Below, piece by piece: positions 13,617-26,912 of a DNA stretch of 64,000 nt. The position numbers were made by a program, and so were the translations under genes. The stretch covers positions 56,792,001-56,856,000 of the forward strand of contig OZ024742.1 of assembly GCA_964016885.1 (NCBI GenBank), written 5' to 3'. This DNA comes from Eledone cirrhosa (taxonomy: Eukaryota). Position 1 is the stretch's first letter. Every line of letters starts with the position of its first letter. The notes under the pieces were generated by a model. The model was not told where the DNA came from, ran no database searches, and saw only the letters and a list, made by a program, of their open reading frames with translations.

Positions 13617-13646
<30 letters not shown>
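10368..13646 (+). mobile_element. R4/Dong-like element with in-phase (TACA)n tracts on both sides and a short 3' UTR hairpin
   Basis: (CATA)n at ~10368-10451 and 13603-13645. The 3' UTR contains GCCACC-AGGAA-GGTGGC. Confidence 0.85.
10453..13521 (+). CDS. R4/Dong-clade-like non-LTR retrotransposon ORF: reverse transcriptase, CCHC motif and restriction-like endonuclease; uninterrupted for ~1020 codons
   Basis: [70 protein letters not shown] and [15 protein letters not shown]. The ORF-track start at 10291 is microsatellite read-through, so the true start is uncertain. Confidence 0.92.
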   Translation: MHDSTEQTEHQKLVGSLQVIWNDMFQEIHSLNVSDRPYNTRVSKEPTKLELEAVNEIAGNYLKAIRSKGVETTFETLNVLLYVSAVTLLAYNTHLKPRNQDTNRKPEPAWMRNLKTKILSLRRSISHIAVVMKCNIESNFTQHQEDLKKKLERRFGDTKFKTLNSELHQLKQQLTATTERLKYKSTAHKRQVLNRLFARDPKSVYRSFGGKSSISVNDTPSKEQVESYWRSVWGTDDGFNRQANWLKELEQDYCQHVQTKQYDIDGSILETALQKMSNRKSPGPDLITGYWLKNFTFYRQDLIRLFTETIKGTQELPRWLSTASTLLIPQNSQTTLAKNYRPIACQNIMYKLYTGCLNLFLQDHCATNNIITPEQAGGKREVWGCIDHLLTNKMIQEKTTKNRRNMTVVWLDYQKAFDSVPHGWIVKALQLAKVPQPLVAAVERLTKNWYTSLILRGEKEQVRTDKIHYQKGIFQGDSLSVLLFVLSLNPLSYLLRKQGRQRSGTRSISHLFFVDDLKLYGPNINDIKKQLDLITQFSTDIKMKFGESKCAYLAVKRGRAVPSSRNLEMNGLTIQPLQSGDNYRYLGQDENVRYDGPINKEKTRTEYLRRVKKIWSSELSAYNKYIAHNTYAVPILTPTFGLLNWSLQELSEMDVRTRKLLSVTGNFNINGDVDRLYFSRKEGGRGLKSILTTYETRIVTLKQHLQQRKKVGNRLAQVYDHEKRNIIRIATDLEERYGIKPDINLSPREIGRSYSMFKKEKKIDQFTEKVVHGYLRRKTQTIEGINHSKSLAWSSDKFMTSHLEGYLYAIQEQELPTKYLLHKRGGPAADNKCRLCKTKIEDVSHIVASCERMSSRYYLPMRHDGIARTIWNALRKTKLTTNEEEYIETDGTKEYWWNLKIKTATRLKHNRPDIVVWDHTLKTCSVVEISCPLDVNVVRKIQEKEDIYGPLMRSLQIQYPRYTFSFIPIIIGATGYIPTRLDQSMTELGFADKKRSSLIHSLQMAAIAGTFKICKTFLRFKG

Positions 13647-13647
<1 letters not shown>

Positions 13648-13649
13648 GT

Positions 13650-14660
13650 AATGACACCAGCAGGTGGATCCTGGTAGAAGATTTTACCGGTACATAGAAG
13701 ACCGCTAAGATGTATGATTAAAAACATGATACTCGTAGAAGGCCTTATTGACATATCATATTGGCTTGTCATGTCACGGACACTGCCTCAAATCAAGAAT
13801 GAAAACATTGACTTGACAGAAGCTTCTAGGCCCGTTGTTTACCTAAACATTTCGTGCAAGTTTACGCAAGTTATTTAAATAATTTTTTTCCGTGACCGTT
13901 GCAATGTAATAAGGTGGTGACTGAAAAAGAGGCAGATGGAAAGAAGAGAGTTTGGAGTTTTCCCACTCAAACATTAATTAGTAAATCAGTGCTAATGGAA
14001 ATGAGAAACATGACAGAAACCTTGTAACAGTAATGATTTTATCACAAAAAGAAATTTGAATCTATTCCCTCGTCATAGTTGTTGTAATTATTGAATTTGT
14101 TAAAAGTACACGCTGCTTCAGATTCTGCCATTGAAAGGCTCACAATGACCTGATCAACAATCTTCATTCATGCAACGGAAAGCACAAAGGTGGTGGTCTC
14201 AGCTGTTACAATGATTTCAAAGGGAATATTCAAATAGTCAAAGAACGTTTATTGTTATTTCATTTATAAACTTCAAGTGGTTATATAATAGAGTTTTCAA
14301 GAGAAATGAACAGAAGCGTAGCCATCTTGTTTTCTGTTGTTGACTTTAGCATCTGTAAATATGTTTGTAATTATCTTCATTGTTGAGCAACAGCTGGGCT
14401 TACACAAATATTGACAGCTCAGTTAATATACGGATAGAGTTTTGTTCCGAAAGTGTTCATATTTGACAGATGAATATTGGAAAAATCACTTTTTCCAACA
14501 AAAAATATTAACATCCACTAGTTCTCTATCTCCCCAGTTTGTGGAAAATGAGTGCTGATTGCTACACATACCTGGGGATTGATGAAAATATATTATATAA
14601 AGGTGTTGTAGACAACGATAGTTAGGTTGAAAATATTATACCAGGATAGATAATAAGGTA
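13650..14660 (+). pseudogene. Highly decayed RT fragment related to the adjacent R4/Dong-like element
   Basis: Remnants are collinear with the intact ORF: RPVVYLN (vs RPIACQN), EADGKKRVW (vs [10 protein letters not shown]), KGIFK (vs KGIFQ), TYLGIDENI (vs RYLGQDENV). Confidence 0.65.
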
Positions 14661-14780
14661 GTGAGACTTCTCTTCTCCGGTCGCCGTCGAGATCTCAGCC
14701 GAGCTCTTCCGTAAAATTGGAACAACAGCAGCCCGTCTGAGGAAGGAGCTGGCGAAGTGAGGTGGCTGTTGCAGCGGGTG

Positions 14781-14830
<50 letters not shown>

Positions 14831-14834
<4 letters not shown>

Positions 14835-15154
14835 TTCAAAATATTAACAAATATAGACATTCGTGTGATCAAGTATATTTTATTATACATATTTCAGAGG
14901 TACTGAGCTATTTACAACAATACGTCCTCATCAAATAAAATAAGATGATGCTTGACATACCTTGACTATGTTGATGGTTAAAATTCAGTACCTCTGAAAT
15001 ATGTATAATAAAATATCCTTGATCACACGAATGTCTATATTTGTTAATATTTTGAATTAATATTAATAACTCCGGAAAACCATTACTGTGGAGTGCTTCT
15101 AATCTATTGTAAAACTTTATTCGTTGATTTATTCATTGAACCTTGTTTAACCTT

Positions 15155-15160
<6 letters not shown>
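14831..15160. mobile_element. Family P1 palindromic hammerhead mini-element, opposite orientation to the 8711 copy, with the right arm lacking the CUGAUGA half
   Basis: Homologous to 8711-9123 and 54380-54800, with inverted arms ~14831-14906 / 14985-15060. The minus-strand core reads TTGATGA. Confidence 0.8.
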
Positions 15161-15251
<91 letters not shown>

Positions 15252-15299
15252 AAAATGTTATACCAGGATAATGAGGTAGTCAGACTTCTCTTCTCCGGT

Positions 15300-17799
15300 C
15301 AGAGGCTTGTACTGGGACGGCACCCTGCTCATGGCCCGCGGACTCAATAGTAGCCAACTAGATATAATACACAAACGACTTAGATATATCTTTAAGACCC
15401 AAGGCTTAGCGGTAGAAATAGACAGTAAACTTCTTATACGTGACGTTAGAATTAAACACATGTCTCTACCGCCCATAGCATAAACCCAACGAAAACCTGA
15501 AGTATGTCAACAGACACTCCATCCAACCTAGAGCATAATTAACTCGATAGTTAAGAGTGTTTCCCACAGAGTGTCCACCCTGTCGGCGAACAGAACTATC
15601 TTCAACCAGCACGCGGAATACTATAACTCCGCACTTGAAAATGCTGGCTACAATGAGAAGATAGCTTACAATGACCAAACCAGAAGCGCAACACCGCTAA
15701 ACCCACAAAGACCCTTAGAAATGCAAATAGACGATGAGACCCCCACCTAGAATAAACACCAAGCAAAGACCACCCTTAGCCGATAGGACAGGCAGAGATA
15801 CATACAACTGCCAAGGAGATAAAGCCATACCCTCCAACCCCATTAAGGACTCTGAATACCGCACACGACTACGTAGTAATAGAGACCCTAGACTAAACGG
15901 CAATAGAATAGCAGGAACTCCCATGACAAATACACCTGACCAAAACGTACTCACACACCCACCAAGCCACCGCAGCCGCAATAAACACCGTAAAGCCGGA
16001 AGCAAACCCATACCCTATCCACGTTGCCACCAATATATCGGGAACCTTCTTCAGAGCTCTTGACCAATCCTTCCCACCCACACATAAATAGCACTAGCTC
16101 TTTAATAGGCACACTGTCAAATTCTCCACAACACCAAATCTAGGCGACACCATAGCATACACAAATAGGACAAAAATACGCAAACACATGCAAGCACCAC
16201 AACCAACCACTAGCACAACCCAAAACAACACCACAAAAACCAACTACGAGCCAGCTCCATACAGAATCCGAACAACCGGCAACTTAACAACAAACCCATA
16301 ACCCCCAACTGCAACTGCAAAAAGCGAGTAGAATGCCCATTGAACGGGGAGTGCCTCGTTAAAAACATTATTCACCAGTGCGACGTCACAGCCGGCCGAA
16401 AAGTGTACTCCTACATAGGGGCGACCTCGGCTACATTTAAGAAGCGTTGGTATAACCACAAAAGCTATTTCAACCACAGGACCAAACTCTCCTAAACGAG
16501 ACTAGGGGACTTGCTTGATCTGGGACCTCAAAGACAAGAACATGGAATACCAGATCAACTGGTCAGTTAAGAGACGCGTGGCCCAACTCCCCAACGACAG
16601 AAACCGCTGCAGGTTATGCCTGACCGAGGCGGCTGAGATCATTATGTTGAAATCGGCCATAAACTCGAGATCAGACATAATAATAAACTGCAGACACACC
16701 ATGAAGAACACATCCGCACAGACATTCGGCCATTGGCCAACAACTAACCCTGACTTGAACTCAACATAGGGATAAACACATTTGCCTTACCACACCGCCC
16801 CTCATCTCAGTACCATTGTCTTCTCTAACATGTAACCCATTGTAAGATCCGATCTTATAAATGTCATCTCACACTCACCACCCCCACCACCAGCACCAAA
16901 CACATCGCCATACATCCACAATCATCAACATCACCAACACCTTCTCCGCCCAGACATTCGGCCATGTGCCAAGGACAAACCCTAGCTCGTACTCAACATA
17001 GGGATAATCACAAAAACCTCACCACACCATCTCTCATTTCAGTACCATAGTTTGCTCTGTTTTCTCTGTGAGTTTTTAACTTGTAACCCATTGTAACATT
17101 CGATCCTGTAAATATTATATCGCACCCATCACCCCAACCACCACTACCAAACACATCGACATACATCCACAACCATCAACCTCACCAACACACACCACAC
17201 CTAACATCCCACCCTAAACACCGCATGTGTGTGTGTGTGTGTGTACGTATGTTTGTGCACCCGCCCACACCACGTATCCCCACTGGCTATATATATATAC
17301 ACATGTGTATATATATAATATGGCTGTCTGGCTGCGTGTATATGTATCTATATACTTTTACATACACTCTGAACATTAACTTCTTATAATATGAGCCCCC
17401 TTAACAATCCACTACCACACATAACACCCCACCGTAAACACCGCAACGTTTCATCCAGTATCATAAACCGCAACACCACCACACCCACACCACACACAAA
17501 AATCAGCCACATCTACATGCCTAACTGTCTAGCGACAATAAGCACCTCTACACCGCCACCCACTTCAACCTACGCCCGGCACCACCAACATATGACCACA
17601 CCCATCCACGAACTGATCAGTGGCGAAACGCGCGTCACTAACCAATAGACGTAATGAAGGAGTAACCAATCGTACTTGTTATTTTATTTGACTATAATAT
17701 AATACACTCTGTCTAGCTCTACACCTGGACACAGAAGTGAACCTAAGCATTGAGTGCTCACCCGGGTGAACCTACAGTAACTCCAAGTTACACTCCCTG

Positions 17800-17800
<1 letters not shown>
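15300..17800 (+). mobile_element. 5'-truncated, decayed Naiad-like Penelope element (RT thumb, GIY-YIG, 3' pLTR)
   Basis: HKPNENLKYVNRHS, CNCKKRVECPLNGECLVKNIIHQC..YSYIGATSATFKKRWYNHK and CRLCLTE. A ~230-bp tandem duplication lies at 16720-17190 and a half-hammerhead GAAACGCGCGTC at ~17624. Confidence 0.8.
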
Positions 17801-17850
<50 letters not shown>

Positions 17851-18224
17851 TGACGACTGGGAGAAAGGAGAACTCAACACCGAAGTAGAGTTTTGATATG
17901 AATTTTATTTAGGCTAAATAGTGAGTCGTGTTATCAGACAAGATGTTCTTGTCCTATGACCCTGTGATAAACAGGCAAAACACCAGAGTAACAACACTCA
18001 CTATTTAGCCTTAATAAAATGTATGTGTATATATATATATTGGTAAACGAAATAGAAAATGCTGACAAATTGTTCACAGTGAAAAATAGTTTAATTAGAA
18101 ATAAGTGATAATTAGTAATAGTATTGGTTAGTATTAAGTTTTGGTTTTAAGTTTTACCGGTTGCGCATTTCTAATGCTTTTCAAAAATAATTTTGAGATA
18201 GAGCGTCCGTGATGTTTGCTCTGA

Positions 18225-18264
<40 letters not shown>

Positions 18265-18266
18265 TT

Positions 18267-18615
18267 CTAGGGCGGGTAAAATTCCCGATATCCATGAACG
18301 AGTTCTCTCCAGCGGTCTCTGTCCCTCATTATCGCTGCCATGTCCCGCGTCTCAAACAGACCAGTGTCTGTCCTTAGGGCATCAACATACGTTAACCTTG
18401 GTCTTCCTCTTCCAGTGTGTCCATGTAGGGGCTCCCACAGGTGCACTGAGTCCAATGTCAACTCTGGATGTCTGTGAGCATGTCCAGCTAACCTCAGTCT
18501 CCTCTGTGTCACATTTGAGCTGACTTTTGAGCTGAGTTTTTCATCCTCGGTGTATACTGATTAATGTTCAGAGCCATCCTCAGCATTCTCGTGTAGCACC
18601 CATCCACCATCTGAG
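18267..18615 (-). mobile_element. 3' end of an RTE-type LINE; the ORF stop is followed almost at once by (TA)n
   Basis: RRLRLAGHAHRH..GRGRPRLTYVD..DRDRWRE, a typical RTE C-terminus. Confidence 0.8.
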
Positions 18616-18620
18616 TGAGT

Positions 18621-18665
<45 letters not shown>

Positions 18666-18666
18666 C

Positions 18667-18697
<31 letters not shown>

Positions 18698-18903
18698 GTG
18701 CGTTTGTGTGTGTGTGTGTGCGTGCGTATTTGCGTGTGTGCATGAGTGTGTGTCTGCGTGTGTGTGTGTGTGTCTGTGTATGTATGTATATGTGTTGCGG
18801 GGAGGGGGGTATGCAGTTAATAATACATTGTGTCTGTCGCCCATAAGTCTAGCTGAAAGTAACTATCACTAAATGAATGCTGCAAAACATATCTAAACAC
18901 CAC

Positions 18904-18950
<47 letters not shown>

Positions 18951-19380
18951 TATTAATAATGAGTTCAAACCTCAGGTAGTCCTTTACAATGAAATAGTTA
19001 ATTTATATTAACTTGTATATATATATATATATATAGGTATATACATATATATATATGTATGTATGTATATATATATATATATATGGGGAGAGGGATTATT
19101 TTGTGGTTTTTAGGTAACTCTTTGATACATTTCCTCAAGCGTTTCACCTACTTCACAGCCAATTATTTAACCACCTTACCAGTAGTTGGTTAAGGGTTCA
19201 CTCTCACTGTGGGTTAAGCATATCCTTTTCAATGGAATTTTGTAGAAAAAAACTACATATACACATAGACACGCATGTATATATAATAGTGTGCGTGTGT
19301 GTCTGGGTGTGTGCGTGCGTGTGTGTGAATTGCATACCGCCTCCCCCCACCCTACACGCATATATATATTTATATATATC

Positions 19381-19417
<37 letters not shown>

Positions 19418-19499
19418 TATTTAATTGTGCGTGTGTGTATGTATGTGTCCCTTAACCTAACGGTTCGATAGACATATATAAAATAAGTAGCAGTCTTAG

Positions 19500-20480
19500 A
19501 AAATATGCATTTCACTAAATATCCTCTTCTTCGACCACCTATTCCTGAGAGGGTCGTGATGTAGAGTCCTCAAACACTCCTTCCAGCGGGTCATGTCAGA
19601 AGCAACCGTATCCAACTGATCTGGCTTGATCCCCAAGCGAAACCAGCCAAGCTCATGGATGTTATCCAACCATCTTGCACGGGGTCTACCCCTGGGTCTC
19701 CTACCGGCTTGTTTTCCAACCACATGCTCACACTATCAGAGTTGTGATCTCTCAATTCGGAGCAGTAGCGGCTCTACTAGGGGTGACTCTCTCATCTAGG
19801 AGTGACTCTCTATCGAGTAGCATTACTCCAAAGACCCTTGTATACGTCATTGTATTCTTTCAGTCATTACCCAAGATTCGTGACCATAGGTAAGGGTTGG
19901 CAAGAATACCGAATTGAAGATAGTGAGTTTGGCTTTTACGCCTACTCCCTTCTTCTGATTGTGCAATTCTTGCACTTATTTCAGCCCCCTGCCTTCAATC
20001 AATTGTGAACACACCCCGAGATACTTGAACCTGCTTCAGTGGAACTCCATTTACCTAGAGTGCATTGCGCTGGCTTCCTTGAGAGGACGAGTGTTTCAAT
20101 TTTCGCAGAATAGATTTTCATTCCAGCCATACAGCACTCAGCATCAAACCTATCGAGTGCAAATCGGAAATCACCTTCTGTCGAGTTAAGTAACACCATC
20201 TCATCTGCAAATTCCAGCAGACTGATTATACACTTGGCAGTCATGATGCAATTTCCAACGCAGCTGTGCATATCAATCCAGTTCATGGACATAGTGAACA
20301 GGAGAGGTGATAGTACGCACCCTTGGCGGAGTCCGACTCCCACATTGAATGATTTCGATTTAGCACCATTTATCCGAACACAAATACTCGGGCATTTATA
20401 TAGAGACGTTGTGCAGCAGGGAGCTGACCATCGATCCCATACTCCTGCAGAACCTTCTACAGCATGTCCCATGGAACGCG
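19500..20480 (-). mobile_element. Decayed RTE-clade LINE, RT and C-terminal part
   Basis: VGVGLRQGCVLSPLLF, LEFADEM and GRRPRGRPRARWLDNI. Confidence 0.85.
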
Positions 20481-20581
20481 GTCATATGACTATATATGAT
20501 CGAAAAAATTGTTTTATGGTGGTGGTGCCCCAGCATGACCATAATATAATGACTGAAACCAATAAACGAATACAGACGTGC

Positions 20582-21060
20582 AGCGACTCGTTCTCCTCCT
20601 GTAACCCTTGTCGCTTTGGCCACAAACCCGAGCTTCGCTGCTCGCAATGTGGAGGAGAGGATGATAGTCAAATACCGGGGCCTGACCGGCTGCTTCCTCT
20701 TTGTACAGGTCTCCGACGAAACCTCTGGCGTACTTGGTCCCTGCACCGGTGATTTCCTCTGTAAAGTCGGAAAGACGGGTGTCAGCCGGAGAATGGAGTC
20801 CTGTGAGATGGGATAGCTATTTCAGCAGGTGTCTCTGGCCATTCTCCGCAGTAACGCTTTTGCCAGTTCGGCAAGAGGTACAGCCCAATAGGATGTAGTG
20901 TCTGTCCCTTCCCCTCTTCTTTTCTTTCGTTGCTTGATCTTTCTTTCCTTTTCTGTTCCCTTTAATAGTGTGTGTGAGTGGAGGCGGGGTCTGAGATACT
21001 GTTCAATATGTACTTGTACTTTACATCGATTAATAAATTCATTTATTGACAATAAAATAA
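20582..21060 (+). mobile_element. Possible decayed 3' end of an L1/Tx1-like LINE
   Basis: GC-rich remnant encoding CSQCGGEDD, followed by a pyrimidine-rich UTR and AATAAA. Weak evidence. Confidence 0.35.
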
Positions 21061-21229
21061 TATATTAACGAAATGTATTTCATTATAAACTATAAGTATT
21101 CCATTTCTTAATTTGTTTTTTTTTTCTTTCTTAGAAGTAAGAGACAGAAGATTAATCTATTGAACGAACGAACAAATAGAATGACAAACGGTGAAATATA
21201 TCAAATAGGAAGAACAAATATGTCGCGGG

Positions 21230-21315
<86 letters not shown>

Positions 21316-21363
21316 TAAGGGAGTCGGATGTGGTAGAAGAAGAAGAAGAAGAAGAAGAAGAAG

Positions 21364-21393
<30 letters not shown>
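21230..21393. repeat. (TAG)n and (AAG)n microsatellites
   Basis: Directly visible. Confidence 0.95.
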
Positions 21394-21394
<1 letters not shown>

Positions 21395-21589
21395 GAACAT
21401 GATGCTGGATTAAAAACGAAATAAAAATAGTTAGTAAAGTAAAAATATTTCTTTATTGGCCACGAGGACTGAAATATGTAGGACAATACAAAAGACAAGG
21501 GGGTTAGTGGGCATTTCCAAAAAAAATGAAAGCGTGTAAAAAAATCGAACAGATAACAATAAACAATAAATTAATGATTTCTACTATAG

Positions 21590-21745
21590 ACACAAGGCAG
21601 CATTTTGGGGGAGGGGAAAGTCGATCAAATCGACCCCAGTGCATTACTTTCATCAAGCCGGTAACGATGAAAGGCAAACTAACCTTGGTGGGATTTGAAA
21701 TCAGAATTTAAAAGGCAGTAACTATATGCCAACAATCCACCGCCC
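21590..21745 (-). mobile_element. Diverged SINE related to family A
   Basis: GATGAAAGGCAAACTAACCTTGGTGGGATTTGAA...AATCCACCGCC. Confidence 0.6.
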
Positions 21746-21799
21746 TAATAAACAATAAATTAATAACAATAAAAATTCCCCAGGGGTAACTTAGGAAAT

Positions 21800-23690
21800 C
21801 CATAGATCTGAAACTATTTTAATCTCCACACCTGTTCACCTGTTAGGAATATCTGAAGATGACGTACCCTCAACGCATGTCTGCACATTATCAGCCACGG
21901 CATTCCCGTCCTCCACATAGAGGGTGCTGGCAGCAAATGTATTGCCTCACCAGTGGAATCTGTCGCTTCCACAAAATGTTTTGTGTTTGTGTGTTTTCTT
22001 TTCGTTGTGGTTGGTTGATTGTGGTTGTACTAGGGTTGATAATGGTGTCGATGGTGGTTGTGTTATCAAATAGGTTGGTGGTGGAGTTGATATTGTTGCA
22101 GGTGTGTTTGTATTTGTTTGGTTTGGGTGTTTTGTGTTTTCTAGAGCGAGTGTTGGCGTCCTGCAGGATGTGTCTGATTTTTTTTTTGTGTGTCTTCCTT
22201 TGGTTTTTCTTTTAGGTTTGTATGGTTCCTCTTCTCTTTCACTGGGAAATGTGTTTGTCTCTGGCGAGGGTGGGAGTGGAGGTGTGTTTGAGTCTTTGTG
22301 TGTGTATCTGTTTAGTGTGTGTCGAGAGAGAGGGAGAGGGAGAGGAAGAGCTTTCTTGGCAGACTTTTATGGTCGTTGGTGATGATAATTCAGTTGCTGC
22401 TGATGTTTCTGTTGTTTGTGCTGTTGTTTTTTAGGCTGTTGCAGCTCTAGTGTTCGCAGCAAGGGGGCTTGACAATCCCTGCCTTGAGTTGAGGGCCGAA
22501 ATGTTTCAGGTGGCCAGTCTGCCCACACAGAGGGCAAAGAGGCCTCTTCCCTTCAACACTGAGATGAACTTTTTCTCCGCCCGCAAAGCAAATCAAGTAT
22601 GGGATCTTCTCGTTCTTTTCTGCTTTGGTGTGGAGGAATACCTCTACCCTGATCCCAGATAAGGATTCCCACTTTGTCCGCTTCACTTCGAGAAGGGTAT
22701 CTCTTCCCTTGAGAACCACGGAGACCAAAATCCACCAGACGTCCATATCCGGTGGGATTCCTTCAATTCTGATCATTACGGTCCTACTTCTCAGGTATGT
22801 TGGATAGTATCTAAATGTATCTGTTTGACAATTGTTCACAGAGTTTTTCATAACCTCTTGAAGAGCACTGAACTAGTACCAAATTGCCTGACTCTAGAAA
22901 TGTACTGGATGTCCGAGAATATGATTTTTAGTGATCTTTCAACTTCATGAGGATGTACTGCCTCTGATCCTCTAGTTTGTACCGCAATGCATTTGTACGC
23001 TAGACTCCAGTCAGGTGGGATGGCTATATCGCCCCAAGTCTCGTCCAGTTTGACAAGTCTGGTTATTTGTGCCAAATAGTTATATATTCAAAATATCCAA
23101 ATTAAACATTTGGGTGGATTTAACAGCGAAAGTTTTGTTCATGTTGTTGTTGTTGTTGTTATTTGTTTTCCGTGTTGCTGTTATTTTGTCGTTTGTTTCT
23201 GTTTTATTTTTTTGTAGTTGTCATTGTTGTTGTGGTGTTGGTGGTGGTGGAGGGAGTGGCATTCACAGCGATAGGTTTTGGCAGTGGTGGAAAATCATAT
23301 TCATTCACAGCTGATGCACGTGATTTTAGGTTTTGGTTGCTGTTGTTGGTACTGTTACTGTTGCTACTGATGCTGCTGTTGTTGTTGCAGTTGCTGCTGC
23401 TGTCCTTATTCTGTGAATTTTGGCTACTTTATGCTATGGACAGTCGGCTATTCTGCCTAGCGGATGCAAAATATTTGTCCGCTATCTTAATTTAAAAAAA
23501 AAACATTGAGAGGTAAACAAACACAGGCTTAGCCTCTAAGTGCTACATGGAGAGATAAAACTAACAAGCTCACGAAGATACTGGTCAGTTTCATTACAAA
23601 AGAGTGACAAAACTTCAATAAGTTACGTTGGATAACAGCTTAAAAATGGAACAAACTTACGGGGTGATTTAGGATGTTGAGTCGAGATAC
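21800..23690 (-). mobile_element. Decayed L1/Tx1-like LINE, 5' UTR and ORF1 only
   Basis: IRIEGIPP..W and VEGKRPLCPLCGQTGHLKH, homologous to ORF1 at 1150-1785. No ORF2 follows. Confidence 0.8.
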
Positions 23691-24609
23691 GAAGCAAATA
23701 AAAATCATAATTAAAATAAAGAAGACAAACATTCAAACTATGAAATAACGATTTATTACACTGGCACAAGACCCCACATTTATTGGTGTGGATGTGTAGG
23801 TTTTGGGAGGGAAGGGGTATAATCCTATTTTATGTGGGTCTTATTTTATCGACCTGAGGAGGAAGAGAATAGAAAAGTCGAGTCCTGCTAATTTTGAATT
23901 CAAAACATCTAGATGAAGTAATTAAATATTGCAAGGAATTTTGTCTGGCGATGTAGTGATTCTGGCATCCAGCAGTTTTTTGGAAGAGAAAAACCAGATA
24001 CGACACTTCCACGTAAAATAATGTAAAATTAGCCAACAACAGATTACCACCTTCACATTCTAAACACTGATTAACACACGCTATTAATTGCCGCCTTGCT
24101 TTCTGTTCATCGGACATTATTAGTGGATGTGAATATTTGAGGTTAACACATAGTTGTCATTTTTATTTTTTTTTTAATTAATTTTGATGTTGTTGTTGTT
24201 GTTTTTGTTGATGTTTAATCTTCTAAAAAGTTCGCATCACAATCATTAGGCCTCCGTTTCGATCCCACAGCATGAAATCTTGAGTAAGTGTCTTTTACCA
24301 TACCCTCAAGGTTGACTCAAGGTTTCTGTGTTAAACTGGGTTGACCGAAACTGTTTGAAAGCTCATCGAATGTGCTGCACTTGTAATTTATAGGATCATT
24401 TTTAACACAAACTGTTTCGCTGAATTTCTTTGATTATTACTTTAATGGTATATGTGATAGATCAACTGAAACACACATTGTTCACATCGACGCAGTTCCG
24501 TCGTATATTTTACTTCCTCGTCAGCCTTAACTGAGAAAACCTATCATCAAAGGTATTCCATCCCTGAACATCTCCCCCTTATCTTAAGAGTGCGTATTAT
24601 TCATTATAC

Positions 24610-24792
24610 AGGGCGGTGGATTGGCAGTATCAGTAGAGGGTCGGATGTTATGCTTTGCAGCATAGAGTTACGTCCCTTTATGGTCTGAGTTCAAATCCTG
24701 CTGAGGTTAACTTTGCTTTTCATCCTTACGGGGTCGATAAAATAAGGTACCAGTAAGGCACTGGGATAATTGGTGGCCTTGTGCCAAAAGTA
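24610..24792 (+). mobile_element. SINE family A copy
   Basis: Closely similar to 2352-2533. Confidence 0.9.
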
Positions 24793-25059
24793 TTATATAT
24801 TGCGCCCTTGTGTCTAATAAAGGAACTCGTTATTATATTACCCATTATCTTCTATGTTATTAGTGCCAGAAGTATTCTGCTATTTCTTGCTGTGCATTGC
24901 TATGAAAAGAGACTCACTTGTTGAGTCATCTAAGTAACACTTATGAACGTGGGTTACACTATAATCTATTTATGATTGTTAAACTCAGATTTACCATAAT
25001 CTTTATCAGTCTGGAATTGTCTCCCTGAACATTTATTCCGTACAAGATACAAATATCCA

Positions 25060-25270
25060 AGAGGGGATATTGTTGGTATCGATCTCGCAGGTCTATATGG
25101 ATGCCAGACCTTCGCAGGGTTAAACACCCAGCTACTGCTGGTATTCATTTTCAGTTGAATATAATGGAGTAAGTGTTTTTCTCAAAAGCACAGCAAACAG
25201 TCCGGTCCAGGAATTGAATCCCACAACATTATGATCGTAAGTCCAACAACCTAACCACTTGGCAACATGA
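25060..25270 (-). mobile_element. Second tRNA-headed SINE family (CORE-like); partial relatives at ~24230-24370 (+) and 55395-55468 (-)
   Basis: The minus strand reads AGTGGTTAGG..GATTCAATTCCTGGACCGG..GTGCTTTTGAGAAAAACACTT (A box, B box, core-like block). Confidence 0.6.
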
Positions 25271-25429
25271 TTTCACTGGTTAAACCGATAAAAGCAAAAC
25301 ATACATACAGCCACAGAAAAGCGAATCCTATGAGGGATTCTGTATGGGGCCGCATAGCCTACTAAATATAGCTGCTCAGTTTCCTTCAATATAAATTTTA
25401 CCTTCATAAAAGAGTTACAATGTATTAAA

Positions 25430-25621
25430 TAATTGTTTCTACTTTTGGCACAAGGCCAGCAAATTATCCCAGTGCATTATTGGTACTTTATTTTATCGAC
25501 CCCGTAAGGATGAAAAGCAAAGTTAACCTCGACGGGATTTGAACTCATACCGTAAAGGGACGTAACTCTATGCTGGAAAGCATGCAGTCCGACCCTCTAC
25601 TTATACTTCAAATCCACCGCC
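25430..25621 (-). mobile_element. SINE family A copy with 12-bp TSD CAATGTATTAAA
   Basis: Reverse complement of the family A sequence, with the duplication on both flanks. Confidence 0.9.
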
Positions 25622-26580
25622 AATGTATTAAACAATGTGGCTCTCGATGGTTTATCGAAATAACGACGCCATGATCATAGCATTAAAACTACTCAAAGCC
25701 CATCTGGGTCTAAATAACAACAGCACACATCCAAACTGATCGCAGTCTAAAAACTGCTTAAACAAAGCTCATCCACGACTCATCAACTACAGCACACATA
25801 CAAATACCCATACACGGAAGTCAGTTTCCCTAACAATCTATCTTCCAATCTATATTTTCTAAATAATTATCATTTATATTCATTCCATCGTCACGTTAAA
25901 CTTTCTTGTGACTCAGGTGTGTAAAATGTGAAAACTTTCCTTAATACTTCTTTTTTTTTTCATATTCTTTAACGAACCGATTGTTTTCTGATTGACATTA
26001 CACCCTCTGGTAAAACTTAAATAACAATGAACCAGTCTCAGTCAGCTGACATCTGAAAGATTCTTATCTGTTTTGATGTTTCCTTATGCTGTCTGATGTA
26101 AGAAAATCAATCGCCTCTCTTTAGTAGTTTTGCTGTTATATTTCTTTGTTGTTATAGTTTTATTGTTGCTGTTGTTGATAATAATAATGACTGTGTTCAC
26201 ACACGTAGTGATGCTTTCATTCTTCTTGTTGCTATCCTTGTTATTGAATATTTACGTTCCTGTTTAAAAGCAAACTGTGAGATGTTTCAGCTGATATACA
26301 CCAAAAACAAGCAAGAAGCTCTACGACTGTAAATTAAAACTGTTCAGATACGATACTATAACAATAAAATCTATATTATTCTCCAAACTTCAATGTTTAT
26401 TTCCTGCTGTTTAAATGTTATGTAATATATGGCAGAAATAGGTGCGGTAATACGTATGACTTCGAGTTAATATTGGACCCTATAAGTGTCTATATATATG
26501 TCTGTTAGAAGTAGCAGTGATATTTGTTCAAATCGGATCCTACTGTCTTTAATATGGACATGGGACCTTTGATAATGCAG

Positions 26581-26640
<60 letters not shown>

Positions 26641-26728
26641 TTATATATATGAGTCCCAGGTTGAGTCGATCCAGATGATTTCCTTCGAATGAAACAGTAG
26701 AAGCCATTATATATATACAGTAGAAGCC

Positions 26729-26797
<69 letters not shown>

Positions 26798-26825
26798 GTA
26801 GTAACACAACAGTTAGTTCACCATA

Positions 26826-26866
26826 CCGAGAGCAATTGTTTCACCTTATGCGGATCCTCAGCTAGG
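26826..26866 (-). ncRNA. Minimal hammerhead, probably mutated, in an ~80-bp island between (TA)n tracts
   Basis: CCTAG CTGAGGA TCC-GCATAA-GGT GAAA CAATTG CT CTCGG. Confidence 0.6.
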
Positions 26867-26871
26867 ACTGG

Positions 26872-26912
<41 letters not shown>

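Noticed and set aside
17850-19250. Further hammerhead relics at ~17945-17995, 18151-18187 and ~19130-19238
   Set aside because: The stems are suggestive but the cores carry multiple substitutions, so they were not called as ribozymes.
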